Below, in pieces: positions 39,652-49,469 of a DNA stretch of 64,000 nucleotides; position 1 is the stretch's first letter; every line of letters begins with the position of its first letter. The notes beneath the pieces are model-generated. The model did no database searches. It was not told the DNA's origin and worked only from the letters and a program-made list of their open reading frames with translations. Origin of the DNA: Spirochaetia bacterium. Lineage in GTDB: Bacteria > Spirochaetota > Spirochaetia > DSM-2461. The DNA is taken from positions 960,001 to 1,024,000 of the forward strand of contig OY764216.1 of NCBI GenBank assembly GCA_963668315.1. Reading direction: 5' to 3'. The position numbers and the translations under genes were made by a program.

Positions 39652-41156
39652 TGAATGAGAAGAGTGTAACTAAAAGAGTTGTAACGGCCGGTATGCACCA
39701 CGAGTCCAATACATTTAATCCTATCGTGACAGGTCGGGAGGATTTTACTATTTATTACGGCGATGAGCTGTTTGATGTTCTTAACGACAGTGACAGCGTC
39801 AGCGGTGTCGTGAAGACGCTTAAGGAACAGGGATACGAGGTCGTTCCCACGGTTTTCGCCCGCGCCGTTCCCAACGGCGTCATCTCGAAAGACCTTTATC
39901 TGGAACTCAAACAGGAGATTCTCAAGCGGGCGAAAGAAGCTCTGGCGGCCGGCCCGGTCGATGCCCTGTGTCTCTCCCTGCACGGCTCCATGAGAATCGA
40001 GGAGATCGGAGAAGCGGAAGGGGATCTGCTGGAAGCCTTGAGGGAGATTTTCCCCACCCAGCCTCTCTTCTCCGCCCTCGATATGCATACCACCTACACG
40101 GAGCGGATGCATCGGTATTCCGACGGCTATGTCGGATATAAATGCGCTCCCCATACGGACTGCTTCGAGACGGGACGCCATGCCGCGGAACTGACGATAA
40201 AGACCCTGGAGGAAGGGGCGAAACCCGTTTCCGCCTGGGTGAGGATTCCCTTTCTCGTAGCGGGGGAGCAGTCCGAAACGACGACGGAACCCATGAAAAC
40301 ACTGATCTCCGCCCTTCGGGAGTGCGAGAAAAAAGAAGGCATCATGGCCGCCAACTACCTGATGGGTTTTCCCTGGGCCGATAACAGCGACAGCAGCGCC
40401 GCCGTTCTCATTGTGGCCGATTCGGATAAAGACCTGGCCGCCTCGGAAGCCCTTCGTCTGGCCGATCTCTTCTGGTCCTACCGGGAAAAATTTACTTTCC
40501 ATACCGAGACGTACACTCTGGATAAAGTTCTCGATGTTGTCTTTGACGCCGTGGAACAGGGGCCTACTCCGGTCTACCTTTCCGATTCGGGGGATAACCC
40601 CACCGCCGGTTCTTCGGCGGACTGCACCGGACTGCTGGCGCAGATCCTGGATGATTCCCGGACGGCCGGTCTGGCCCATCCCGTTATCTACGGCGGTATC
40701 TTTGATCCCAAAGCCGTGGCGGCCTGCAAGGGAAAAACCGGCGAGACGATAGAGCTTACCTTCGGGGCCTCCTTTGATACCGTAACCAGTTCCCCCCTGA
40801 CCGTGACGGGAAAGGTGAAGGAAATTGTGGAGCAGTGGAGCGCCTATAAGAGCGATCTGGTCCTTTTCTCTACGGGAAATGTCGATATTGTTCTGACGTC
40901 CAAACACATCGGATTTATCGATCCCAAGATGTTCAGAGACCTGGGCGCTGAACCGTCCGAGGCGGAGATTGTCGTCTGTAAGCTGGGCTATCTTACGGCC
41001 CCCCAGAGAACCGTGGCCAAGCGGTCCATCATGGCCCTGAGCAAGGGAAGCACGAATGAAGATCTTCCCACATTGCCCTATTCTCTCATCCCCCGGCCGA
41101 TTTTTCCCCTGGACAGGGATATGGAGTTTGATTCTAAGGCAAATCTTGTCCTATAG
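39651..41156 (+). CDS. MlrC/M81-family metallopeptidase or amidohydrolase
   Basis: HESNTF, LHGSM, LDMH, PHTD and DSGDNPTAG motifs; TAATG coupling to the ROK gene. Confidence 0.9.
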   Translation: MNEKSVTKRVVTAGMHHESNTFNPIVTGREDFTIYYGDELFDVLNDSDSVSGVVKTLKEQGYEVVPTVFARAVPNGVISKDLYLELKQEILKRAKEALAAGPVDALCLSLHGSMRIEEIGEAEGDLLEALREIFPTQPLFSALDMHTTYTERMHRYSDGYVGYKCAPHTDCFETGRHAAELTIKTLEEGAKPVSAWVRIPFLVAGEQSETTTEPMKTLISALRECEKKEGIMAANYLMGFPWADNSDSSAAVLIVADSDKDLAASEALRLADLFWSYREKFTFHTETYTLDKVLDVVFDAVEQGPTPVYLSDSGDNPTAGSSADCTGLLAQILDDSRTAGLAHPVIYGGIFDPKAVAACKGKTGETIELTFGASFDTVTSSPLTVTGKVKEIVEQWSAYKSDLVLFSTGNVDIVLTSKHIGFIDPKMFRDLGAEPSEAEIVVCKLGYLTAPQRTVAKRSIMALSKGSTNEDLPTLPYSLIPRPIFPLDRDMEFDSKANLVL

Positions 41157-41341
41157 GTGATCCTCTGAGCATGACGCTGCCATTGCGGACCGGGAATCGG
41201 GAGGATGTCCCGGCCGCGGCGTCCGTCTATACCGATTAGGAGCCTATTTCAAAGCTCTCAATGCCGGGGAAATTACAAAGTACCATTGAATATCATGAAG
41301 GGGAACGGTTATTCTGAATCTTGATAAGTGAGGTGAATAAA

Positions 41342-42109
41342 ATGGGATATCCGAAAGAGATGCTAACCACGAGAAGCGTGGTAAAAAGAGGACTCTACGC
41401 CGTCATTCCCCCGGAAGGCCTTGTAAAAAATGTCGTACCCGGACTGGAAGGGTGCGATGTCAGCATCATCGCGTCCCCCAAGCTGGGAGCCGGATTCGCC
41501 CAGTACATTTTAACTGTTTCCGATAAGCTGACTCATGATGCGAAAATCGCCGGTAAGGCCGGTGTGGAACTCTTCATGTACTGCATGCAGGGCAAGGGTT
41601 CCTGGTTCGTTGGCGGTGAAGAGAAGGAGATGACCGGCGGGGGATATATCTACGTGCCCTGCGGCAAGGACCTCTCCTTTAATGTCGACGGCAAAGAGAA
41701 GGCCGAACTCCTTCTCTATAAGCAGAAGTTCCTCTCCCTGGAAGGTCAGGACCTTCCTCCCGTAGTAACAGGTAATGTGAATGATATGGAATACGCCGTC
41801 TATGATGGCATGGAGAATGTCCACATCAAAGACCTTCTCCCCAAGGATCTGCGCTTTGACATGAACATGCACATCCTGAGCTTTATGCCCGGCGGATGCC
41901 ATCCCTTTGTGGAGACCCATGTTCAGGAACACGGCGCCTATATTCTGGAAGGAGAGGGCCTGTATCTTCTGGATAATGAATGGATGCCGATCAAGAAGAA
42001 CGACTTTGTCTGGTTCGGTCCCTATGTGACCCAGGGGGCCTACGGGGTAGGCCGGGACAGATTTACCTATATCTACTCGAAAGACTGCAACAGAGACGTT
42101 GAACTGTAG
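41342..42109 (+). CDS. allE: (S)-ureidoglycine aminohydrolase (bicupin)
   Basis: HPFVETHVQEHGAYILEGEG and YIYSKDCNRD motifs; ATG 41342 after GAGGTG. Confidence 0.92.
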   Translation: MGYPKEMLTTRSVVKRGLYAVIPPEGLVKNVVPGLEGCDVSIIASPKLGAGFAQYILTVSDKLTHDAKIAGKAGVELFMYCMQGKGSWFVGGEEKEMTGGGYIYVPCGKDLSFNVDGKEKAELLLYKQKFLSLEGQDLPPVVTGNVNDMEYAVYDGMENVHIKDLLPKDLRFDMNMHILSFMPGGCHPFVETHVQEHGAYILEGEGLYLLDNEWMPIKKNDFVWFGPYVTQGAYGVGRDRFTYIYSKDCNRDVEL

Positions 42110-42117
42110 GAGAGAAC

Positions 42118-43068
42118 ATGAAAATCGTATTAATTGAACCCCTGGGAATCGATAGGGATAAACTGGATGAGCTCAGCGCTCCCCTTAAAGCGGCGGGACA
42201 CGACTTCATCAGCTACGATAACCGTGTGGAAGACTCTCCCTCCCTGATCGAACGGGGCAGGGACGCGGATATTATTATCCTGACAAATCTGCCCTTTAAA
42301 AAAGAGGTCATGGAGGCCTGTCCCCATCTCAAAATGGTGACCATTGCCTTTACCGGCGTTGACCACGTGGATATGGCGTACTGCAGGGATAAGGGCATCC
42401 TGGTTTCCAATGCCGCCGGTTACTCCACCAGCGCCGTGGCCGAGCTGGCTGTCGGGATGATGGTCGGCCTCTCCCGCCGCATTCTTGCCTGTGATGGAGC
42501 CGCCCGTGGCGGGGGCACGAAAAACGGGCTGGTAGGCTTTGAGATGGCGGGGAAGACGGTCGGTGTGGTGGGAACCGGCGCCATCGGCGGCAAGGTCATG
42601 GAGATCGCCCTGGCCTTCGGCTGCAAAGTGGTCGCCTTTAGCCGGACGGAAAAGCAGGAGTGGATCGAAAAGGGCGTGAAATACCTGAGCCTCGAGGAAC
42701 TTCTGAAGGTCAGCGATATTGTCTCCCTTCACGTGCCCCTGACCGAGGCCAGCAAGAACCTCATAGGCAAGGAGCAGCTGGAGATGATGAAACCCTCCGC
42801 ATTGCTCATCAACACCGCCCGGGGACCGGTCGTCAACAGCGAGGCCCTCGCCTCAGCTCTTAAAACGAACCGAATCGCCGGAGCGGGAATCGACGTATTC
42901 GAAATGGAACCGCCTGTCCCCACCGATCATGTCCTCCTGGGAGTCCCCAATACGATCCTGACGCCCCACGTGGCTTTCGCTACCAAAGAATCCATGGTAA
43001 AGCGTGCCGTCATCACCTTTGATAACGTGGAATCCTGGCTGAAAGGCGAGCCCAGGAACGTCCGGTAG
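42118..43068 (+). CDS. D-2-hydroxyacid dehydrogenase (glyoxylate/hydroxypyruvate reductase-like)
   Basis: GTGAIG, INTARG, DVFEMEP and TPHVAF motifs. Confidence 0.9.
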   Translation: MKIVLIEPLGIDRDKLDELSAPLKAAGHDFISYDNRVEDSPSLIERGRDADIIILTNLPFKKEVMEACPHLKMVTIAFTGVDHVDMAYCRDKGILVSNAAGYSTSAVAELAVGMMVGLSRRILACDGAARGGGTKNGLVGFEMAGKTVGVVGTGAIGGKVMEIALAFGCKVVAFSRTEKQEWIEKGVKYLSLEELLKVSDIVSLHVPLTEASKNLIGKEQLEMMKPSALLINTARGPVVNSEALASALKTNRIAGAGIDVFEMEPPVPTDHVLLGVPNTILTPHVAFATKESMVKRAVITFDNVESWLKGEPRNVR

Positions 43069-43174
43069 GGAGAAATAACCCGAGACGGACCGCATTGAAA
43101 TCGCCTGCCTCGGGAAGTTCTGGCTTAGTGATTATTTATGATACGATGAGGTTCCTGCCGCATCGTTATCCATT

Positions 43175-45003
43175 TTAAATAAACAGACTGACGATCTCCG
43201 GCGGATTTCCGTCCTTGAGCCGGACCAGGCCCCGGTTTGACAGATGAAGCTCGGGCAGAACCACCAGCCCCAGCAGGCTTATGGTCATCTCCGCCGAATC
43301 GTGGGGGCAGCCCGCAGCTTTTAGGGCCTCCTCTACATCGGCAAGATTCGCCGCCACTTCGGAGACGGGCCTGGGACTCATGAGCCCGGCAAAGGGAAGA
43401 GGCAGGCTGGCCAGAACCTTACCGTCCTTTACTACGGCCAAACCGCCCCCCGATTCGATAAGGGTGTTGGCTGCCATTGTCATCGCCTTCCTGTCCGTCC
43501 CCAGAACCAGAAGATTATGGCAGTCGTGGGATACGGTGGAGGCATAGGCTGAGCCCGGAAGAAGGGACAGGCCCGAAATAAAAGCGTGGGACTTCCGGTT
43601 TTCCGGGGATACCTGCCGCTCGTGCCGGTAGATCATGGTCAGCTGAGCCAGATCCATGGAGGCATCGGGGGCGAGAACGCCCTCTTCTGGAATGAGCAAA
43701 GCGGATTTTTCCGGGTGAAAACCATCCCCGGGACCAGTTCTATCACACGGACTCCCACAGGCCTTCCGTCGTTTTCCCGGGGGGCCCCTACGGTAAAATC
43801 CTCTTCTTGCCGGGGAGAGATATGCATGGTCTTAAGCGCCCAGCCGGGATACTCCGCCGGGGGAATCTTTTCTGTCAGAAGCCCGTCCTCCGCCCGGAGC
43901 TTTCCGGCGGAAATGACCTTTTTCACATCGAAATCCTTCAGGTTGTCCACAAGAATCATATCCGCAGACCTTCCGGGAGCCAGAGAGCCTATCCAGCGGT
44001 CCATCCCCAGCAGCTGAGCGGCGTTGATGGTGGCCATCTGTATGGCTTTGAGGGAGGGTATCCCCTGGCGTACAGCTTCCCGGAGAACGCGGACCAGGTG
44101 CCCCTCCTCAAGGATCGTCCGGGACGTGACATCGTCGGTGACCAGGGTGAAGAACCGGCTGTCCAGTTCGGGATTATCCAGAAGGGCCGGTGCCAGGTTG
44201 GGCAGATCGAGCCAGGCCGAACCGTAGCGCATCTGAACATTCATGCCCCTGCCGGCCTTGGCCAGGGCTTCTTCGGCCGTAGTACTTTCGTGGCAGGCGG
44301 TCATTCCCGAGGCGATAAAGGCGTTAAGGCCGCCTGCCGTATCGGGGGAAGAGTAATGTCCTGTCATGACGACATCAGCCTTCAGCCCCTCCGCCCCAAT
44401 GGCGTGAGCGTGGGAGTCGCCGAAGATTACCCCGGGGAAATTCATCTGTTCTCCCTGCAGCGCGGCCCATCCCTTTTCATAGGCTTCCCGGACATTCTCC
44501 GCATTGATAAGGGCTCCTCCGTCCTCCAGTCCCGGAAGGGAGGGAACGCAGACCGGCATGGCCGTCAGTACATTAAGGGGGAGGTCCTTAGTCTTCTCGT
44601 GAAACAATTCTACCGCTTTGAGCCCCAGAACATTGGTCATTTCGTGGATGTCGGGACAAATCGTCGTCGTTCCCTGGGGCAGTACGGCAGCGGCGAAAGA
44701 GACTGGATCCACCATGGAGCTTTCCACATGCATATGACTGTCTATCAGGCCGGGAAGGAGGAAGAGTCCCCGGCCATCGATTATGACCGTTTCCTTATCC
44801 GTCGGATAGGAACCCGTGTCCCCGATGAAGGCGATGATCCCCTTATAGGCGACCAGACCGGTATTTGCTTCCACCGTTCCCAGATGGACATTGACCAGCT
44901 GGATATTCTTAATAACGAGATCGCCGGCTTTCCTGCCCATGGCAACGGCGGCCAGATCTGCCGTAACAGAGGCTTTATGGGTGAGAAATTCCCGATAGGT
45001 CAT
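43175..45003 (-). pseudogene. ade: Adenine deaminase interrupted by a one-base frameshift near 43706-43712 (pseudogene or sequence error)
   Basis: ORF 43639-45003 carries DSHMHVESS, HES and VTDD; overlapping ORF 43175-43699 carries the C-terminal ASTVSHDCHNL and LPLPFAGLMS. Adding one base joins them. Confidence 0.85.
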
Positions 45004-45147
45004 AGGACCCTCCTTATTAATTATTATAGCAGGTTGCCGGGGAGGTGCAAGGGGAGATTTTTACAGAGGATTTACTGTTTTTTGTTTTGACGCCGACAGT
45101 ATGATCGCTATATGATATAGGGATACACTTAAACCTTAGGATATTCT

Positions 45148-45693
45148 GTGCCCGAAAGAAAAAAACGCTATCTGAAAGAACGTTCTTCCTGTTTATATAA
45201 AGCCGTGGCCTATCATTTCTGGGCTTTGGCAGGTCTTGTCTTTTTCGCCTGCCTTGCTCTATTTTTCGCTTATCTGGCGATCCATCTGAAGTTTTATGTT
45301 TTTCTCAGTTTTCAGCTGGTGTGGATCCTTCTCGTTTATTTCGGCTATACCCTGGTGGAAAGTATCGCCTACTACTACGAGAAGAACCTTATCAGAAAAT
45401 TCGGTAAAAATATAAACGGGCAGGTCATTTCGAAGTACAAAGAGGAAAATGATCTGTACACCGATGACATTCCCGGCAGAAGAAGAAAATACGATAGGGA
45501 GATTTTCTATTTTATTGAGTATCAATACTCCTATGAAGGGGAAGACTATCAGAATGCCTTTGTTACCGAAAACCATCACCTCTATGATAAGCTGGAGGCG
45601 GGAGACGCCGTTCCGGTCAGGATTCTTAAGATTAAACCCTCCGCTTCGGATATCCGTCTGAGAAAGCTGAAAAAGGATCTGGCCGTAACCTAG
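45148..45693 (+). CDS. Membrane protein with a DUF3592-like OB domain
   Basis: Two TM segments, then GQVISK...YFIEYQY...GDAVPVR. Confidence 0.65.
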   Translation: MPERKKRYLKERSSCLYKAVAYHFWALAGLVFFACLALFFAYLAIHLKFYVFLSFQLVWILLVYFGYTLVESIAYYYEKNLIRKFGKNINGQVISKYKEENDLYTDDIPGRRRKYDREIFYFIEYQYSYEGEDYQNAFVTENHHLYDKLEAGDAVPVRILKIKPSASDIRLRKLKKDLAVT

Positions 45694-45716
45694 GTGTGAA
45701 TTGCCGGTCCCGATAG

Positions 45717-45743
45717 AAAAACCCGGAGCAAAAACTCCGGGTT
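45717..45743 (-). terminator. Terminator downstream of hcp, possibly bidirectional
   Basis: AACCCGGAG-caaaaa-CTCCGGGTT with a T tract on the minus strand. Confidence 0.75.
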
Positions 45744-45774
45744 GATTTTGGGATGTTTTTTTACATGGGGCCGT

Positions 45775-47394
45775 TTAGCCTACCATTTTCGCTATGTCCT
45801 CTTCCACTTCGCCGATACCGGCGATCCCGAATTTCTCGATGAGCACGCTGGCCACGGTAGGAGAAAGGAACGCCGGGAGAGTGGGGCCCAGGTGGATGTT
45901 CTTCACGCCCAGATGGAGAAGGGCCAGCAGAACGGTGACCGCCTTCTGTTCGTACCAGGCGATGTTGTAAACGATGGGGAGCTCGTTGATGTCCTCCAGC
46001 TCGAATACTTCCTTGAGCTTGAGGGCGATAAGGGCCAGGGAGAAGCTGTCGTTGCACTGCCCCGCATCGAGAACGCGGGGAATCCCGCCGATATCGCCCA
46101 GGTTCAGTTTGTTGTAGCGGTATTTGGCGCAGCCCGCGGTGAGGATGATCGTATCCTCAGGCAGGGCTTCGGCGAAATCTTTGTAGTAGTCCCGGCCCTT
46201 CTGGCGGCCGTCACATCCGCCCATGACGACGAACTTTTTCACTGCTCCCGATTTTACCGCGTCCACGACTTTATCGGCCAGGGCGAATACCTGTTCGTGG
46301 GCGAATCCGCCGACGATGGAGCCGGTCTCGATTTCCGTGGGGGAGGGGAGGGTTTTGGCCAGGGCGATGACTTCGGAGAAATCCTTGGCGCCGCCTTCGC
46401 TGCGGGGGGCAATGGCTTTCACGCCGGGAAAGGCCACGTTGCCCGTGTTGAACATCCGGTCGATGTAGGAGGCCTTGGGGGGAACCAGGCAGTTGGTGGT
46501 CATGACGATGGGACCGTTGAAGGTGGCGAATTCCTTATCCTGAAGCCACCAGGCATTACCGTAGTTACCGGCGAAGTGATCATACTTCTTGAAGGCGGGA
46601 TAGTAGTGGGCGGGGAGCATTTCCCCATGGGTGTAAACATCCACTCCGGTGCCTTCGGTCTGCTTGAGCAGCTCTTCCATGTCCTTGAGGTCGTGCCCTG
46701 AGATCAGGATGGCCGGATTGTTCCGCACGCCTATGTTCACCGCGGTGATTTCCGGGTTACCGTAGGTTTCGGTGTTGGCCTTGTCCAGGGTGGCCATGGC
46801 GGTGACGGCTACTTCGCCTGCTTTAAGGACCAGGGCGATCATTTCGTCCACGGGAAGATCCTTGAGGGTGGAGGCCAATCCTTCGGCCATGAAGTCGTAA
46901 ATGGATTGATCTTCGTAGCCTAGAACGGCGGCGTGATCCGTGTAGGCGGCGATGCCCTTGAGGCCGTACACCAGGAGTTCCCGCAGGGAGCGGACGTCTT
47001 CGTTTTCTGTGGAGAGCACGCCGACGGCCACGGCCTTGAGGAGCATTTTCTCCTTGCTGTCCGCCGTCCAGAGGGCCGCGTCGGGGAGATCGCCCGTGAC
47101 GGCGTAACGGGCTTTCAGATCCTCCCGCAGCTTGAGCCCCTGGCTGATGATGTCAGCCAGCTGATCGTCGTCGAAGCTGACGTTGGTGACCGTGGTAAAG
47201 AGGGCTTTGGTCATATAATCGGCCGCATCCTTTTCCACTTTGCCGGCTTTTTCGGTAAGGAAGGCGATGCCCTTGACCGTGTAGATCAGAAGGTCCTGCA
47301 GGTTGGCCGTATCGCCTTTCTTTCCGCAGATGCCGTTAACTGTACAACCGCTGTTCTTTGCCGTTTCCTGACACTGATAACAAAACATACTCAT
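45775..47394 (-). CDS. hcp: Hybrid cluster protein (hydroxylamine/NO reductase), strict-anaerobe type
   Basis: MFCYQCQET, with Cys spacing C-x2-C-x8-C-x5-C; SGHD, THGEM, TTNC, GCD, GQCND and WYEQKA motifs. Confidence 0.97.
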   Translation of the reverse strand: MSMFCYQCQETAKNSGCTVNGICGKKGDTANLQDLLIYTVKGIAFLTEKAGKVEKDAADYMTKALFTTVTNVSFDDDQLADIISQGLKLREDLKARYAVTGDLPDAALWTADSKEKMLLKAVAVGVLSTENEDVRSLRELLVYGLKGIAAYTDHAAVLGYEDQSIYDFMAEGLASTLKDLPVDEMIALVLKAGEVAVTAMATLDKANTETYGNPEITAVNIGVRNNPAILISGHDLKDMEELLKQTEGTGVDVYTHGEMLPAHYYPAFKKYDHFAGNYGNAWWLQDKEFATFNGPIVMTTNCLVPPKASYIDRMFNTGNVAFPGVKAIAPRSEGGAKDFSEVIALAKTLPSPTEIETGSIVGGFAHEQVFALADKVVDAVKSGAVKKFVVMGGCDGRQKGRDYYKDFAEALPEDTIILTAGCAKYRYNKLNLGDIGGIPRVLDAGQCNDSFSLALIALKLKEVFELEDINELPIVYNIAWYEQKAVTVLLALLHLGVKNIHLGPTLPAFLSPTVASVLIEKFGIAGIGEVEEDIAKMVG

Positions 47395-47413
47395 ATGAAA
47401 ACTCCCTGGTTAA

Positions 47414-47656
47414 TTAATATTCCTTACCTGCGGCCATGACATTGGCCGGATCGAAGGCATGGCAGGGGGTGACTCCGTATACCATGCCGCATTCGGGGCA
47501 TTTGTCTTCGAACGACGCCATTTCAAAACGGCCCCCGCACTCCACGCACTCTATTTCCATGGGCATGGGCATCGGCTGATCGGCGAATCCCATCATTCTT
47601 ACCTTATCTACTACCTGTTTTCCGTCGGTGAACGAACCGGAACATCCTTCGTGCAT
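47414..47656 (-). CDS. 80-aa metal-binding protein with HypA-like signatures
   Basis: AAGGAG SD before MHEGCSG; C-x2-C-x12-CP-x-C (CVEC...CPEC) plus TPCH. Confidence 0.8.
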   Translation of the reverse strand: MHEGCSGSFTDGKQVVDKVRMMGFADQPMPMPMEIECVECGGRFEMASFEDKCPECGMVYGVTPCHAFDPANVMAAGKEY

Positions 47657-47693
47657 TTTCTTTCTCCTTGAGAGCTGATTTTCGGGAAGGGGA

Positions 47694-47725
47694 GGTGTGT
47701 TAAATTGAAAACTATTTAACACACC
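47694..47725. repeat. Perfect 12-bp inverted repeat inside the hcp cluster
   Basis: GGTGTGTTAAAT-tgaaaact-ATTTAACACACC. Confidence 0.85.
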
Positions 47726-47763
47726 CTATTCCCGGTGTTATGCCGTTTTCAACCTAACGGCTC

Positions 47764-48774
47764 TTATTGAATTTCCTCTAAGATCTCGCCGTTCCGCAGT
47801 TTGGTCCGGTAAGCCAGCAGTCTTCTATCCATCTCCTCCAGAGTCGTGAGGATTTCCCTCTCCTCGGCGGTGGTTTCGATGATTTTGTTAATCCCCCCGT
47901 TCTTGATGACGATTCTCTTGTCGCCCATAAGGGCCAGAATGGGATCGTGGGTGGCCATGAGGACCACTTTCTCTTCGCTCAGAAGCAGATCCAGGGCCTG
48001 TTTCCTGTCTATCCCCGCATTCTCAATCTCGTCGATCAGAATGATGGGGGACTTGCTCAGAATGGCCGTGTCGGCGATCATCAATGCCCGGGACTGACCG
48101 CCTGAAAGACTGGTAATGGGCGTATCCCGGCTGAACCGTTCCCCGGCCAGCTTGTTGGCGTTCTCGATGATCCGTCCAATGACTTCTTCACGGTTCTCCA
48201 CCATGCGGCTCTCGGCATGGAGTTCCACGAACTCGTAGACGGTCAGGTCCATGACGAAGTTCATGTTCTGGGAGATCTGGGCCACCAGCTTGTCCTTGGT
48301 GGAAAAGCGCCACTTCTTATCGGGCTCCGCACCGTTGATCAGCACCGTCCGGGAAGTGGGAGTGTCGTGCTGGGCAACCCACTCTATGTCTCCCAGAAGG
48401 CGGCTCTTCCCCGAGCCGGTGGGGCCCACGATGCAGATGATCTCTCCCTGCCGGATGGTCAATTCCTCAAAGTTTTCCCTATCTCCCGACTTATCCGTAC
48501 CGGGGAGGATGGTGATATGCTGAACCTTGTCCTCCTCGCGGCCCAGAAAGGCGTTCATCTGCTTGATGAATTCCTCCAGCTGCCGGTAATGGTGCTCCAC
48601 GTCAATCGCCATCTCTTCCCGGGTCTCTTCGTCGAAGCGGCCGAAGTACTCCTCCAGGGTGATCTCCCTATCCCCCTCCAGGGGCAGATTGTTATCGGCG
48701 AAGTAGGATGTTACGAAGGGATAGCGCTCCAGAATATCATTCAGTTTTTTCAGCCTGATGGTTTGAGCATTCAT
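47764..48774 (-). CDS. ABC-type ATPase with an extra N-terminal domain
   Basis: GPTGSGKS, LSGGQ, ILIDE and ATHD; N-terminus LNDILERYPFVTSYF resembles DUF1858. Confidence 0.88.
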   Translation of the reverse strand: MNAQTIRLKKLNDILERYPFVTSYFADNNLPLEGDREITLEEYFGRFDEETREEMAIDVEHHYRQLEEFIKQMNAFLGREEDKVQHITILPGTDKSGDRENFEELTIRQGEIICIVGPTGSGKSRLLGDIEWVAQHDTPTSRTVLINGAEPDKKWRFSTKDKLVAQISQNMNFVMDLTVYEFVELHAESRMVENREEVIGRIIENANKLAGERFSRDTPITSLSGGQSRALMIADTAILSKSPIILIDEIENAGIDRKQALDLLLSEEKVVLMATHDPILALMGDKRIVIKNGGINKIIETTAEEREILTTLEEMDRRLLAYRTKLRNGEILEEIQ

Positions 48775-49469
48775 TGGCCTTCCTCCATTTTCATCTTTCT
48801 CACGTTGCCCATCTGGTACTTCTCGCCGATACGGGTTTCGCCCAGGCAGTAGGAGCAGAGGGCCGAGGGCATGGGAAAGCGCAGTTCCCTGCCCACCAGG
48901 GTCTCTATGTCTTCCGCTTCATCGAAGAGCAGAGTACTCAGCTCGTAGCTGCCCTGTCCGGTCAGGCCGTTCACGTGAATGATCACCGCCCCCGGATTGA
49001 CCGTGTTCACCCGGCTGGCGAAAACTTCCCGTTCCGCCTGGGAGACGATGTCCCCCTTGGTGATTACCACGATGTCGGCGCTCTTGAGCATGGGGCCTAT
49101 TTTCTTAGGCGTGTTGATGCCGCTCAGATTGTCGATGACGCAGACCGCCTTGATGCCTTTCACGTAGGGGGAACAGCGGTTGCAGAGCCCGGCCGATTCG
49201 CTGACGAGCAGATCGAACCCTTCATCCACGCCCCATTTGGTCACTTCCTCTATATTGCTGATGAAGTAGTGATCCGGACAGAGGGCGCCGGAGAGCCCCT
49301 TCTTGACGGGAATGCCCGCCTTTTCGTAAAGCTTGTCGTCGTCCGTGTAGAGGCAGTCGAACTTGGCCACCGCCGTCTTCACGTTCCTCTGTTTAAGCGA
49401 TTCAATCGTTTTCAATATAACGGCGGTTTTTCCTGAAGAGGGAGGGCCCGATATGGTTACCAGATTCAC
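48771..49469 (-). CDS. G3E-family (HypB/UreG-like) P-loop GTPase, Cys-rich
   Basis: GPPSSGKT, KFDCL, LCPDH, ESAGLCNRC, TKGD and CSYC motifs. Confidence 0.88.
   Translation of the reverse strand: MNLVTISGPPSSGKTAVILKTIESLKQRNVKTAVAKFDCLYTDDDKLYEKAGIPVKKGLSGALCPDHYFISNIEEVTKWGVDEGFDLLVSESAGLCNRCSPYVKGIKAVCVIDNLSGINTPKKIGPMLKSADIVVITKGDIVSQAEREVFASRVNTVNPGAVIIHVNGLTGQGSYELSTLLFDEAEDIETLVGRELRFPMPSALCSYCLGETRIGEKYQMGNVRKMKMEEGQ

Noticed and set aside
37678..41156. Literal readings 'copper resistance' for cutC and 'microcystin degradation' for mlrC
   Set aside because: These are family names only; there are no copper or mlrA/B/D genes, and the context is carbohydrate uptake.
41160..41225. Long imperfect hairpin after mlrC as an ncRNA or REP element
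   Set aside because: Single copy with no recognisable family; most simply a 3' end structure.
45004..45147. Purine riboswitch upstream of ade
   Set aside because: The promoter lies about 20 nt from the start codon, leaving no room for an aptamer.
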